Assembly (NCBI GenBank): GCA_046563655.1
Contig: CM102290.1
Span: forward strand, 4,464,001 to 4,528,000
DNA length: 64,000 bases
From: Yuukianura sp. NJ FZ-2021
Taxonomy: Eukaryota
Direction of reading: 5' to 3'
Under the pieces are notes generated by a model. The model did not search any database. It saw only the letters and a program-made list of their open reading frames with translations, and was not told where the DNA came from. Shown in pieces: positions 1 through 13,496 of this stretch. Position numbers and translations under genes: made by a program. Within the stretch, counting starts at the first letter, position 1, and each line of letters opens with the position of its first letter.

Positions 1-851
1 AGACTAACAGACCTCCAAATTACTACGTTCAGTACACCAAGTTTTTCTTTTGTTCAGAACATACCAGTGTAGCTGCCTACTTGTTCAGAACATAAGAACA
101 GCATTTGAGTTAACTCGTACGATTAGTTTTTGAGCGTCTCCTCTGCTCCAAAAACGAAGTTTTAGGAAAATCACGTGTCTGGAAGTTCCACATGACTTGT
201 GAATTTGTTGCGTGTCCCTTCTAATTTAACTTTTAAAACGTTATAATTCTCCAACTTTCTCGAGACAAAAGAGAACAAAGAAAGTTGGATTGCTCTTCTT
301 GTAAGTGTCCTTTGCACGCACAACCCCAATGAAACAGCTTTCCTTCGACAGACGTTTTCTGCGCGAGCAAAACTTAGTTTTTAGTTGTTTGAAGTCAGTC
401 TCAAATGATAGGAATCTTGTGTCTACAAATATTCACAACACATTAGCTTCACAGAGCAAAAGAAAATTGTTTTATAAGTGTAAAGTGCAACAAAAATTTT
501 TGTTTCAAAAGTAAAATTACAACAGTAAAAATTCCGAAATTTTTTTCAAAACTATCTAGTTTTGTCATGCTGTCAATATCAAAGGTACATCAAGAAATAG
601 CGGTTTGTTGTAGGCAGAACCTTTTAATTTAGCAAAGTTTTAAAAATAAAATTAAAGTGGAATTTTTGCTATATTGCAAATCTATAAATTTAAAAAATTT
701 ACGAAAAATTTTAAATGCCATTGTGAAATGTTTTAACTTTGTTTCAGGTAATTGGACAAAATGGATGTCCAAGTTGATGTAGGTGCTGCTCCAGTCTTTG
801 CTATATTGGTGTCAAAGTGAGGTGAGCCGACCTTGATCTGTAGTGTGGGAC

Positions 852-3800
852 ATGGAGAGGGGGAGCAGTGGGGCTCCAGCCACCGTGGGGGAGGAAGGGA
901 TTGAAACTTACGTGCCACAAGGCGGGGTGGAAACGGGACTCACTTCAGCGGATGACTTGAATTTGAATCTGGGTCACTCGGATGAGGAAGACGGAGAAGG
1001 GGGTGGACGGATCGAGGAGATTCAGATCATTCAGCAGCAAGTGACCTCGACCCCTGGAGGTCATCTTCCGATGCACAGCGAGGATCGAGAAACATGGGCA
1101 AAGAAAGTGGACTTTTTGTTGTCCGTCATTGGATTCGCAGTGGATTTGGCCAATGTCTGGAGATTCCCCTACCTCTGCTACAAAAATGGAGGCGGTAAGT
1201 CCATTTTTGAAAACATAATTCAGTTACAGCTACTGCCACACTTACCAACAGAAATGTTCAGAGCAGTTTAGTCTGTGCAGGAAAAAGAACAAAAGGGCTA
1301 CCTAGTGTCTGTAGTTGGTGTTTGCTAAAATGACTTTTAGCAAATAACACAAACATTACTTTTAAATAGTTACTACAATTCAGGATTGAGTCTAATTTTT
1401 GTTTCATTTTTGGTGTTTGATTTCTTTCTGCTGCCCCCCTCTCGTTCCGCCCTAATTTTTGTATTCTACTAGCCAGTCTGAACGGTTTTAGTTATTATTG
1501 CATTCATTCGGTTTTAGTCAATTTCAATCCAGCATTACGTCGAGTTTCGACATGGTTCACGGAGATTTCTTCCATTTATTTAGGTTTCAGTCGACTTAGA
1601 AAACCTTTGCCTAGAACTTTCTCCTTATGTCGAAACCCATTTTTGTTTGTGCGAATGAGGACGCTCCAACTTTCTCTTGAAGAATCAACAAGTTTTCACT
1701 TTCACCCTTTGACGGAACGAGCGTTGAAGTACACAGGGTACTTTTGACTACGAAAGACACTTCGGCTTTATTTCTACTTCCTCAAAAGTTGACCCAAAAG
1801 ATTCAAATGAAGAAAGTCATAATGGCCTTACTTTGCTAAGGAGCTATAACATTTCCAAGTCTTATTTGCCAAAATTCCCACAAAGTTTTAATTCTTTTGC
1901 AATCTTTAGTTTAAAAGTTAAGCCGTTGCTTTCAGTAGCGAAGTTAAAGCATTCAGTCGAGAGATTATTTGAAAGAGTTTAAAAAATGTTAAAAGTTTTA
2001 AAGCTTAAATTCTGAACGGTCGTTAAAAAATAAGCAAATATTAATAAAAAATTTTAAAATGATGTTTGGTTTTAAATTTTGAAACCACAAGGAAAGTTTT
2101 TTTTAATGCTTTTGAAGCATTTGGAGAAAATGGATAAAGTACTAGGAGCCAACTAGTACATTCAAAGAAAGCGGTTTGAAGTAGGAAATGAAAAGTGTCA
2201 TAGAGAATGTTGAAAAGACACCAACGTGTCAAAGTGAATTTATATAGCAAGGATAACAAATACACAAAACAGGCAACTTTCACTTTCTTCAGTTGACTTA
2301 TCATCCTGATCTTATTCATCCTTAAGTCTCCATAATAAAAGAAGTTGATAGAGTCAATTGACTTAAAAATTAGATGCTTTACGTCCTCCGCATAACAAAT
2401 GTTGCATTGACACTGTCACTTGTACGTGAATTGTTGTGTGTTGTACCAAGGTTATGAAAATTATTCCTAGTTGAAAGCTCTACTTTGTTAAGTTTGTTGA
2501 TAATTTGAGAAATTAGATGGAAATTAGAGAGCATTTTTTCATTTGAGAAAATGGTAGCTACAACCTTTGGCCTAAAAGAGTAGTTTAAAAGATGCCATAC
2601 AATTTTTCTTGACAGGGGCATTTCTAATTCCTTACGGAATTATGCTGGTGGTTGGTGGAATTCCGTTGTTCTACATGGAACTTGCTCTTGGTCAGTTCAA
2701 TCGGAAGGGCGCCATCACTTGCTGGGGAAGACTGGTTCCACTTTTCAAAGGTACGCGGCAAATGCCACACAATTGTCTCAATTCTTAATAAAAAAAATTA
2801 CGCAATTTGGGAAATTTAACTAAACTTATGGCATTGAATTTACCAACGCAGGAAGAAAGTACAACACGTTTTGTACAGATCAAATCAGTCATGTTTTGCC
2901 ATAAAAATTGCAATGTATAATTAGTCGCATGTTCTCCAATCTTATACTGGACGGTGTCCGTATGCATGCACATTTGTTCTCACGGTTGAATTGTGTAATC
3001 GGCTAGGTCAAGGACGTATGGTGGGAGCTGTCTTCGGTGGAATTGAACCCCGGGGGTGGTCGTGGTGGCTTAAGTTAAGGTGGGGCGATTATATTGGGAA
3101 TCTGAGGAGAAAGTAGTGTGTTGTGGAATTGAAAGGAAAGTGAGTAGTGGTTGTGAATTGGGGATAATGGGGCATGAGGCCTAGGCTCAAGACATTCATC
3201 TCAGCGGAAACAGGAAACGGGTCTTTCTCTATGGAGTTGATGGGCCTCCGAAGTTAAGGCTCCGGCCCTTCATTATATGCACATCACGGCTATTAAACTA
3301 CCATCCAAAATACGATTCCACCTAATGGGCTACTAATGTACCGTGAAAAGGGAAATTCACTTCTTAGTCTCCGCCCTTAAGTCTTAATTCTTAACCATTA
3401 CACAAATTCACAGCCGCAATCCCTACTTTCACTTCCACTTAAGTTCTCCACGCCACAAGGCGGCAGACCGCGACAAATTCAAAACACCTTTACGACACCC
3501 TCACTTTCACTTTTATCACCCACCAATCAAGTACGTATCACAATTTAGGAGAAAAATTCCCAAATTTTGGAGAAAAAATTTTCAAATTCGGCAGGAAAAT
3601 TTTCAAATGATGACAAGAACTTTCCAATGGAGAGACAGAGAAAAAAAAATGACGCTTTGATCTAATTAATTACAATTCAAAAAGCATACGCCATGGTTCT
3701 CCCATTCACTTTCAGTTAAAGTGCGAGGGAACGAGGGAAAAGGAAAGGTCGAAATTTTTAAAATGCTATTACGATAATTTCCTTCCGAATAAGTTTTATA

Positions 3801-6800
3801 GCAAAAGTGAAAATTTCTCTTGCACTTATTTTCTCTTTCTTTGAAATGGAACGAAAAGCTTTTTCCGTTTTTTTTTCAAAGGGGAACTTTTCCCCAAGTT
3901 TTCCAATCTGTACAAAGTGATCCACTATTTTCATGGCGCAAAATTTTTTGGAACAACCTGTATACTTCTACGAATTATAGAATTGCCAGGACGCAGAGGT
4001 AAAAGTTCTTCCATTTTGATCAGTTTAAGCTTCTTTTTCATGAAAAAAAAAACGAGAAAAAAGGAATAATACCCTTCTTTCTCTTACCAAATTTTCTACA
4101 CAATTTCAGTTTCTGCGAGGTTTAGAAATTGGGAATTGTCTATGGGGAGTAACTATATGCTTGCCGCCTGGCATAATCCTTTATGAGCAAAAAAGTTCAA
4201 AAAATTTTATTCAGCACAGCTATTTTGAAAGAAAAGACTTATATTTCCCTCATCACTACCGTTTCAATAGGACGCGTTTCCCTCTGGTCCTTGTTACAAC
4301 TTGCAAGTCTGTTGTGGTGTAACAATTCAAATCAAAATGAAAAAAATTTCCAGGTGACACATCATCGTTTTTTCCAAAACCAGTTTCATTTTTCTGTCGA
4401 AACTAAAAAAAACATGGGTGTTCTTGTGTGTTCTAAATGATTTTAACTTGGCATAAAAATAATATCGAGCATACTTCCTGTACATATTTGCATTCAACAT
4501 TTTTTTTTCAGGTTTTTTTCTCAACTCCGGTTTAAAATGTGTTAGTTTTTCTGACTAAAGGAGCATGCTTGCAGGAGAAGTTTAGTATGAGATAAAAACT
4601 CCATTTTTGTATACAAAATCCGATGTTTTCTCCTGTTCCGAAGATGGTGTGGATCCCGCTTTTACTAACCCAATTTATTTGTAATTAAAAGCTGGAGTCA
4701 CGTAGTTTAAGTGTTCCAGGAGTACGGAGTAGAAATTTGTTAAAACCAAAGGAAAGTTGGCGTGACTCGGAGGTAGGAAATTGGTTTTAAAAAGTAAGAG
4801 GATGGCGGAGATACTTCCTACTGATGCTTATGGATTTAATTGGCAGGGATTGGGTATGCAGTGGCTCTAATCGCATTCTACGTTGACTTTTACTACAATG
4901 TCATCATTGCCTGGGCCCTCCGCTTTTTCTTTGCCTCCTTCACGTCACAACTTCCTTGGACGAACTGCGGAAATCCATGGAACACTCCCCTATGTCGAGC
5001 TGTAGGTCAAAATGGAAAAAACCTTAACTTTTTTTGGAATAATTGAAAAAATGCAAGAGACCCACAAATACTGACTTTCACTTTTCTCTGATTTGTCAAA
5101 ATTGAAGATAGATACAGAAACTAACTGGTCAAATTCAACGGCCAACATGACATCACTTGACCTTGAAACGTCAACTGAAGCAGAACCCATGGAACTAGCA
5201 CAAGAAAACTACACTTCGCCAGCATCAGAGTATTTCATGTAAGTGAGGTCAAACCCATTCACAAAAAAAGGTTTGGAAAGAATTTGAATCTACTTTTGCA
5301 ACTTTCGATCCAGTAAAGTTATATTTTTTATTCTTTTCTAATAATTTGAAGCCAAAGACGGCAGGTTATTAACTAACTAACATAACTAACTTAACTATTC
5401 CAAAACTTTACAAAAAAAAAATGCTTTTAGGAGAGAGATTTTGGAGCTACAGAACAGTAAAGGGATACATGACTTGGGGTCAATTAAGCCAGACATGGCT
5501 CTCTGCCTCCTCGCAGTCTATGTGATTTGCTACTTTAGTTTATGGAAAGGGATCTCAACGTCAGGCAAGGTAAAAACTACTGACCTCCTGACCTCGCTTC
5601 AATTGTCTCCCATGATTTAAGTAGTGGAATCGGTTATGTTTGTTCTGCAGGTAGTGTGGTTCACTGCGCTGTTCCCATACGCAGTTCTCCTAATTCTGTT
5701 AATCCACGGAGTGACTCTTCCTGGAGCAGCCACTGGCATTAAGTACTACCTTTCACCCAATTTCAACGCCATTACTAAGGCGGAAGTAAGAAAATATGTT
5801 TAGTTGTTTATGTTAGTACAACTAGAGCCACACTTATAGTTTGCACTCTTAGTTTCTGAAACCTATGGTGAAAGTAACTTTCACCCAACCATATTTTAAA
5901 AGCGATTTTTGTCTGATTAGGCATTAGTTCAATGTTTTTTAAACATCCCATTTACAGTCAGAATCAGAATCGAAAGAGTGACCCTCTTAAAAAGTTTCGC
6001 TCGACCGACTCATACACAAAATCATTCCGATTTTGGATGACCCGAGGTCAAGTGGAGGGATTTTCCCACATTTAAATGCGTAGAGCACTTAACACCGCGT
6101 CTTGTCCAGGAAGAGAGAGTTTGAAGAGGGTGTGGCTGAGGAAATGGGAAGTGAATCACAATTCAGTTGCAGTTTCTCGGGTTGCCGGGTTCTAATGGAA
6201 TATTCGTGTTTCAACTGAGAGTCCCTCCAGAATGACAGATGACTCTCCTTAGTGTGTACAGCACGCTCACAAGGAAGTGGCAAATGGACCTGCTCCTGTT
6301 TCAAATCACAAACGACCAACAGATTCACCTCCAAAGTGACCAATTGATCATCACTTCCCTTTACTCGGAGACTAAATGCTTTTCTGCATGCCAATGCAAT
6401 TGCTGAACGATGATGCTTAGCTTTCGCTAAGTTAGGCGAGAATTAACCGATTTTTTTTTCTTGTGGTGATGTTTTTAGGTGTGGGTTGACGCTGCGACTC
6501 AAGTATTCTTTTCTCTGGGACCAGGATTTGGTGTTCTCCTTGCATTTGCTTCGTACAACAAATTTCATAACAACGTTTATCAGTGAGTTGAAAAAATATT
6601 TGAACTGAAATTTCAAAATTTCACTCTATTTGGTTTTGTTTTTAAATAGAGATGCTCTTTTGACAAGTTGTATCAATTCTGCAACTAGTTTTGTGGCTGG
6701 ATTTGTAATTTTTGCCGTTCTTGGGTATATGGCTGAAAAATCTGGCAAGAAGATTCAGGTGTGGAGTTTTTTTTTGAAAATTGATTGCATAATTTTTAAT

Positions 6801-8003
6801 AAGTTGTAAATGTAATGTGGCGCCAAATTTTTGTTTTCCATTTTTTTTTTGAAAATGGTGGATCAGGAAGTTGCAACAGAGGGACCGGGACTCGTGTTTA
6901 TAGTTTACCCGGAGGCAATAGCGACCATGCCTGGTTCTACTTTTTGGGCTCTGATTTTCTTCATGATGCTTCTCACGCTTGGACTGGATAGTTCCGTAAG
7001 TTTAAATTTCCCGGAAGTTTTCTTTTGTTTGAACCAGTTCTTTAAAGAAAAGTAGCAGAAGTTGAGAGTCAATGTCAGCTTGGGTCGTTGACCTCGAGGT
7101 CACCGCGTGTCTTGTCTCTTGACTTGTTACAGTTTGGCGGTTCTGAAGCGATTATCACTGCCCTCAGCGACGAGTTTCCAATGATTGGAGCTCACCGTGA
7201 AATCTTTGTCCTATGCCTCTTCTCACTGTACTTCGTCGTAGGCTTGGTTTCATGCGCTCCAGGCGGTTTCTACTTTTTCAATCTTCTGGAACGATACGCT
7301 GCGGGCTACTCCATCCTCTTTGCAGTGTTCTTTGAAGCCATTGCAGTTTCCTGGATCTACGGTCAGTCACTTTTGGACTTCTTTCCAAATCACCTGAATT
7401 CTGCCAAATATGTTCAAGTTGTTCTAAGTCTCAATTTTTTAGGAATTGATCGGTTCAGCAGCGACATCCGAGAGATGATGGGGTTTTACCCAGGAATTTA
7501 CTGGAGAGTATGCTGGAAGTTTGTGGCACCCATCTTTATTCTGGTAAAAAAAATGTTACACTTATGGTTCAACCACTCCCGAATCTAAATACGTGACCTT
7601 TGACCTCAGTTCATCATTGTCTACGGACTTGTTGGCTACGAACCCTTAACCTACGGGGACTACGAATACCCACACTGGGCCAACGTCCTAGGTTGGCTCA
7701 TTGCGTCGTCCAGTGTCGCCTGTATTCCTGGCATGGCACTGTTCAAGATTCTTACAACCAAAGGGACGCTTCGGCAGGTACCATCAACCTTTAAACCAAT
7801 TAATTGAAAATGGTTAAAAAGTATAACAATTGCAACTTTCAATTTCTTTCAAACCTTAAACTCGGCACCTTCCAATTTGTTTGTAGCGCCTGAAGTTTCT
7901 GACAACCCCATGGAGAGATCAGATTCAACAGGTCACAACTTTGAATGGGATACAGTGCGAGGTTTTGCAAATCAAAAGTAACGTCGCTGGAGAGCCAGTT
8001 TAA
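852..8003 (+). CDS. DAT: Sodium/chloride-dependent dopamine transporter (SLC6 monoamine transporter), 13 coding exons
   Basis: GT-AG exons: 852-1194, 2616-2750, 4847-5001, 5108-5238, 5431-5569, 5651-5785, 6479-6582, 6650-6758, 6867-6995, 7133-7361, 7443-7543, 7610-7777, 7887-8003 (TAA). Motifs [37 protein letters not shown] (TM1 Asp typical of monoamine transporters), [35 protein letters not shown] and [18 protein letters not shown] match insect DAT as I recall it. Confidence 0.95.
2984..3530. repeat. Degenerate inverted-repeat (MITE/foldback relic) in DAT intron 2
   Basis: G-rich left half (~2984-3180) and C-rich right half (~3360-3530) with complementary words, e.g. ggttgaattgtgtaatcggctag vs ttaaccattacacaaattcacagcc. 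No clear termini or TSD. Confidence 0.35.
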
Positions 8004-8789
8004 AATTCTTGAGAGTTGAAACCCGAAAAATGTCAGGGTCGCCTCCACTTTCAAATGTTACAAACCGAAGACATTCAAATTAGAAAAGGAAGCTGTGTTA
8101 CTAAACCCAAGTTTGAACTTTGGTTTTTGTTGTTTCGATCACTGACAGTCTCACCAGTTTTTTTTTAATTACGTTCAACACAATTTAAAAAAAAAGCAAA
8201 ATACGTAATTTAAAAACAGTTAGAGAAATTCCTTGTTTATAAAGAAGCACAGGATGTGCGGGAACGGAAAATGTTTCAAACGATTAGTTATTTGACATTT
8301 GGACTTTGGAAGATTTTAAAATTTTGAAAAAAAAATACAGCTTTCGATTGAGGTGGCAAGTACAACAGGGTCCCTTGAACTTTCACTTTCTCCAATGCAG
8401 TTGAATGGCGATAGTCTTGGACAAATTGCCAAAGGTTATGGCAACTAAATTAATAAAAAGCAACAGGTATAGAACTAGCTACACGGCTAAGACAGAAGTT
8501 ACCGCTGCTGAGAATTGAACCAGAAGAAGCTTTAACGTAGGATTAAAGGTATGACTGAGATATTAATTGGAGTGAAAGTTAAATTAATTAAGTTTCTAGT
8601 TTGACCCATACTGTACATTGGTTCCATAGCTATTTCTAAAATATTTTGTGAACTAACTTTTAAGAATAGGATTTTGAAAAACTTGTCAAGTATTATACTC
8701 AACGTACACTTTTACCTTTCCTGAACGGCAGCCAATTCATGAAAGGTGAATCTGTGGAAAGGAATTATTTGTATACTTTTAGGAACTTG

Positions 8790-8802
8790 AGGTCACTGAC
8801 CT
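8790..8802. promoter_or_regulatory. Perfect IR1 nuclear-receptor palindrome AGGTCA-C-TGACCT (ecdysone response element consensus)
   Basis: Sequence gaggtcactgacctc at 8789-8803, between the converging DAT and RASEF 3' ends. Function is inferred. Confidence 0.45.
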
Positions 8803-8979
8803 CGTTTCTGTTTGAACTGCTTTTACCATTACTATTTTAGGTCAATATAAGCAAAACGAACAATAAACTGGATTTGCTCCGCTGGAAATAAGTCAAAAAC
8901 TAACTTTTAGTTTTTAAAGTGCTTTTAGTTTTAGACATTAAAATTAGATTTATTATATGCATTAAATCAAGCGAAATTT

Positions 8980-11977
8980 TTAGGAACTATTGCTGCAACA
9001 GGATCGTTTTCTCTCTTTGTCTCCGTTTGAAAATGCTGCCAAGTTAACTGCACTCCGAAGCTCAGCGTCTTCAACCTGGCTCATTTCGCTGCAGCATAAA
9101 GTTCAAATTCATTTAAAAAGTATTTTCAGGTAGTTAACTATGAAGTATAATTCAATAATTTGTGTTTACGCCGTAAGAAGCAACAGGGTCTCCAAAACGT
9201 TGAATCCCGTTTTCGGAGAAACTTCAATGAAAAGCGTTTGATACTCACGACTGAGCTTGACACCTTCCTCGTGACTGATGCAAGCACCGCCCTTGTACCA
9301 ATCTGCGCGTAAGTCAACCTTGTTTCCACAAATTACAATTGGAAGCTTCCGTCCAGCTCCTTCCTAAGTTTTTCAAAATGTAACAAAATTAATTTTTTTC
9401 TTAAACACGCTCAATTGCTCTGTGTCATACTTCAACATTCTGGACCCAGTGACGAATGCTCAGAAACGTTTGCTCACTTGCGACGTCGTACATGAGGATC
9501 ACTCCATCAGCTCGACGGAAATACGATTTTGTCAACGAGCGGAAGCGCTCCTGCCCTGCCTGCATCATTAAATTGTTATATAAGTACTAATACAATATCA
9601 ATTTTGTAAATAATTTGCATTTGGGTTTGGCTAACGGTGTCCCAGAGTTGCAGAGCAATAGAATGTCCGTCAATATCCAGCATTTTGACACGAAAGTCGA
9701 CTCCTAAATGAAACCAAAATTTAAAATAATGTTTTGAAATGTTTTGAAGAAAAGATTTTCTCTTGCCAATCGTCGAGCTCAAGTGGGCTGCAAAGTGACC
9801 GTGGCATGCTCGCTCTATGAACGAAGTTTTGCCAACAGCAGCGTCTCCAGCTAAAATGACTTTAAAAGTCCTGTGTGGAAGGTTACTGGCGGATGTACTA
9901 GAAGTTTGGCCAGATTGGAAAGTAGGGGGAGGCGGTAAAATTGGAGCAACAAATTCAGGGGAAGTGGTATTGGTAGAGGTCACGGAAGATCTGGACTTGA
10001 GCAACGGTGACCCCTCGGGTGTCGTTGACGATAATTCGGACCATCTCCCAGAGGGCAAAGGACTCGACTCACTCTCGGCTCGTAACTCATCCAGGAGCGT
10101 TTCAGTTCCGCTGTCTAAAAAATTGTCAACATCGGAATTCCAAAGCACAGAATTGGTTTTAGGCCAGTTGAGCCTTACCTCTGTCTAGATCTGCGGAGAA
10201 CCCGGTGTTTGGACTACTATTACTAACTGCGGCAGAGCTTGGCGACAACTGTTGGCCTTTGGAAGTTTTGGAATGATTTGCGTCATTGTAGTTCAAGGAC
10301 CGAGGACCCTGAGACAACGTCTCTTGAATTTCGTCGTCCAACGACGGCAGAGAATGGCAGCCATAGTTGGAATTTGTGAAACAGTCATTTGCATCTGACA
10401 ATACACGGTTCGCTTGACTGCAAGTTTTAATAATATGAAATATATTTAAGACGTAAGCCCCAGCACGGTACAGCATCATATTACAGGATTTCAAAAACAG
10501 AAAGAAATTGTTTTGAATTTAAACAGTAAACTTGAAATGTCTCGAAAATGACAAATTCTTATGCTAACCTTAGTATGGAAAGATGATTTTGCATGAGGTC
10601 ACATTGATTTCGATACTCTGTTGCTGCCACTTTTTCTCTATTTCAAATAGGAATTGAATTTCATTTGAGTAAAGTAGGTCAGTGACCTTCACTTTGAAAT
10701 AGAAGAAATCATGTCTTTGATTTCCTTACGAATGGAACTCTTGGTAGAGGTCGAGATATTCGTTCCGCTTCTGGGTCAACTGATTTTGTAAAAGCGTGGC
10801 CTTCATCTGCGCTTCAACCAAGGCTGACCTCAGTTTCCTATTTTCAGATTCAGTTTCTATGCGCTTACTGGACCGCTCATCATCATGACGAACTTTTTCA
10901 CGAGCTTCCTCTGACAGCCATCCCTCCACCTCAAAATTCAAACCAGAAATTTCAAAATAATTTCGAAATAGAAAATTTGACCTTGACCATTGTACGGAGT
11001 GTATTTGGCTAAACACCTTCTCGAAAGTTTTGATTTGAGAAGTGAGTTCATTCAACTTTGTTTCCATCTCCTGCGTAATTTTTTTGCGTTCAGAGTCCAT
11101 TTGACGCTGGGCTTCTTGACGTGCTTCATCTTTAGCTTTGGCTTCAGCTTTGGCCAGTTGCTGGTCAAGTTCTTCTCCGAGAGCTGCTAATTGTACAGCG
11201 TGAGCCTCACGTTCTCTACAACGTGACAAAAGATGTATTTTTATGATAACGCAAAGTATGGTGTTAAAGAAAAGTGTATTAAAATGTTCAAACTTTCTGA
11301 ACGATGTCTCCAAGGTCTTGTACTCTTCATGCAAGTTCTGAACATCCGTAATCAACGACGTGAGAGTGTGTTCAAGTTGGGTTGAAACGTTGGATTCTTT
11401 CATACGACGCATGCGTGGAGATTCTTTTTTGGTGTTGATGCTACTACATTAAAACATTTACAGCATATTAAAGGATAAAAGCATTAAAAGATTTAAGCAA
11501 GTATTGAAAGTTCTAATAATTTCAAAAATAAACTTAAACTAACCTTTCATTGTTCTCTAGAAAAGAAGCAACGTTGTTTTCTCCAACGCTGTTCACAAAA
11601 TGTTCCCACGCTTTCTTCGCTGTCACATGTTTCTTCTCCATTTGTAACAATTGTTGCATCGCGTTATTTCCATCACTCAAATTTACTTGAAAAGATCCTC
11701 TTCTGGATCCCGGAGTAAGATAGTCATTAAACCCATGCTTGAAATCACTAAAGTCAATTTGTCCATCTCCATCATGATCCAAATCTAGGAAAATTACATG
11801 CGCCTCTACTTCTGCAATTCCAAATGATTGACACAAATCATTAAACTCCTGCGGTCCGATTAACCCTCGTCCACTCGTATCACAGGCTTGAAAAAGTTCA
11901 CGAATTTTTAAATTTGAAGTCTTGTCAACAGTGAAGCTAAAACGGGGCACAGGACGTTGGAGACACTCGTCATTCAT
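8980..11977 (-). CDS. RASEF: RAS and EF-hand domain-containing large Rab GTPase (RASEF/Rab45; Rab44/CRACR2A family)
   Basis: First exon 11977-11544 has two EF-hand loops ([26 protein letters not shown]). Coiled-coil exons lie at ~11440-10570, followed by a Ser/Pro linker. The Rab domain reads [47 protein letters not shown] and VETS. C-terminus KRSCCSNSS* (prenylation CC), stop at 8982-8980. Internal exon edges are approximate. Confidence 0.88.
10676..10688. promoter_or_regulatory. Second perfect IR1 palindrome AGGTCA-G-TGACCT in a short RASEF intron
   Basis: aggtcagtgacct inside the intron at ~10644-10728. Confidence 0.45.
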
Positions 11978-13496
11978 GTTGGTTTTGGTTCCTTTGTGCT
12001 TGTGAATGTTTTTCCGAGTTCCGGTATGCTCATGGCCACCACCTTTGAGGAACTGATCCGTCTGGGATCGGATCCCGTTTAAAACTTCAGTTCCGTATTA
12101 ATTCCAGGCACGACTGTACAAATTGAAGTCGTAAATTGTTGTGAGTACACACGGAGTAGCCCTGCCATTCCAGATCCAAATTCAGACAACAGTTGAAGCA
12201 ATCAATCATATTCCGCAACAGATCCTACCAGATACCTGCCTATTCTGTCCCCAATTGTTTGGTCTTAAACACATCGCGATGTTTGATCATCAGGGTTGAG
12301 GTTAGGAGGCGTCAAGTGCAGTTGAGCTACTACGAAATACTGGAATGACGTCGTGAACAGAGAGCGCAATGACTAACAATAACAATGTCACTATACAAAA
12401 ACGAGTCCTTTGTTGTATTTGTATAGTAATTCGTCATAACAAAGTCATCACATAAGTAAGCAAAAGCCACCACGACCCTGCAACGTAAAGTGGCTTTGGA
12501 AACCTCGCCCCACCAAACAGTAATCTGTGGGTCACATGATATAAACCATGACACTCCGCGCATGATTACTTCGTCATTCGGGTCATTGCTAATTACTCAA
12601 AGCAGTTATGCAACGAAAATGAGTCGCAACGTAACTTTCGCTGGATTTCATTGATTCCGTTGCGAAAACTATGGAAATGATGCCCTCGATTCATGGAGGC
12701 TTTGAACTTTGAGTATTACCTAGAACTCATCTTCATGCTTTGCAAGTTCATTATCTTCTCTACAAATACCTTACAGAGTCGTTCCAAAAGATTATTTTCT
12801 GGAACTTTTTTGTTTTTATAAATTTTGGCGGAAGTAAGAATTTGTTTGAACAGCATTTCTGTTGCTGGTTAGTCGAAATGAAAAACACATGGAAAATAAA
12901 TTCACGGTTGCGGTCAAAGTCAGTGAGGATGTTCTGGGAAAACATTTGTGATAGTAGGCGGAGCATTTACTACACTGCAAAACACTGAAGCATCTGCTGA
13001 ACAATTTTGAATTTGTGATGTAGTTTTTCTTTTCTGAAGTAAATTTGTCAACTCTATAATTGAAAACAGAATTTAATTTTAACTAAACTATTGCATAAAT
13101 ATCCACTTTTAGATGTACAGCGCAATTTGCACAACGATTATTTTCGTCTCCATAAACGCGTCTGACGCCATCAAAGTTTTGAGCGCCAAAATGTGTGATT
13201 CAAAAACATCTGTAAGGAATTTACAAAAAAAAAAGAAGATTAATAAAAACCATGTTTTCGGAACAAACGAAGTTACTACCTACATAGTTATAATCGGTGG
13301 TGAATTGATTGTTTAAACTGAGATTTCAGAAACTGGACCAGACAGCCAACAATTATTATATTAGTCACCCACGCTGGTGCACTGTATGTAAAAGTACCAC
13401 CGTACTTTAAAGAAAGGTAATAAACTTACTACCATGCTAACTCAAAAATTGTTTAATTGATAGAAGTTTTTTCTGTCTGTTGTTTAGTTGACAAAA

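Noticed and set aside
50..94. Short direct repeats (ttgttcagaacata x2; similar pairs at ~3543-3607, ~36632-36670, ~37695-37740)
   Set aside because: Two or three copies of local micro-duplications; not CRISPR-like (no spacer array, no cas genes, eukaryotic context).
6089..6394. 101-aa antisense ORF in DAT intron 6
   Set aside because: Non-ATG start, no homology recognised and no supporting splice pattern.
12740..13316. Short ORFs and splice-like signals between RASEF and CD2BP2
   Set aside because: No coherent coding frame; probably UTR exons or promoter DNA.
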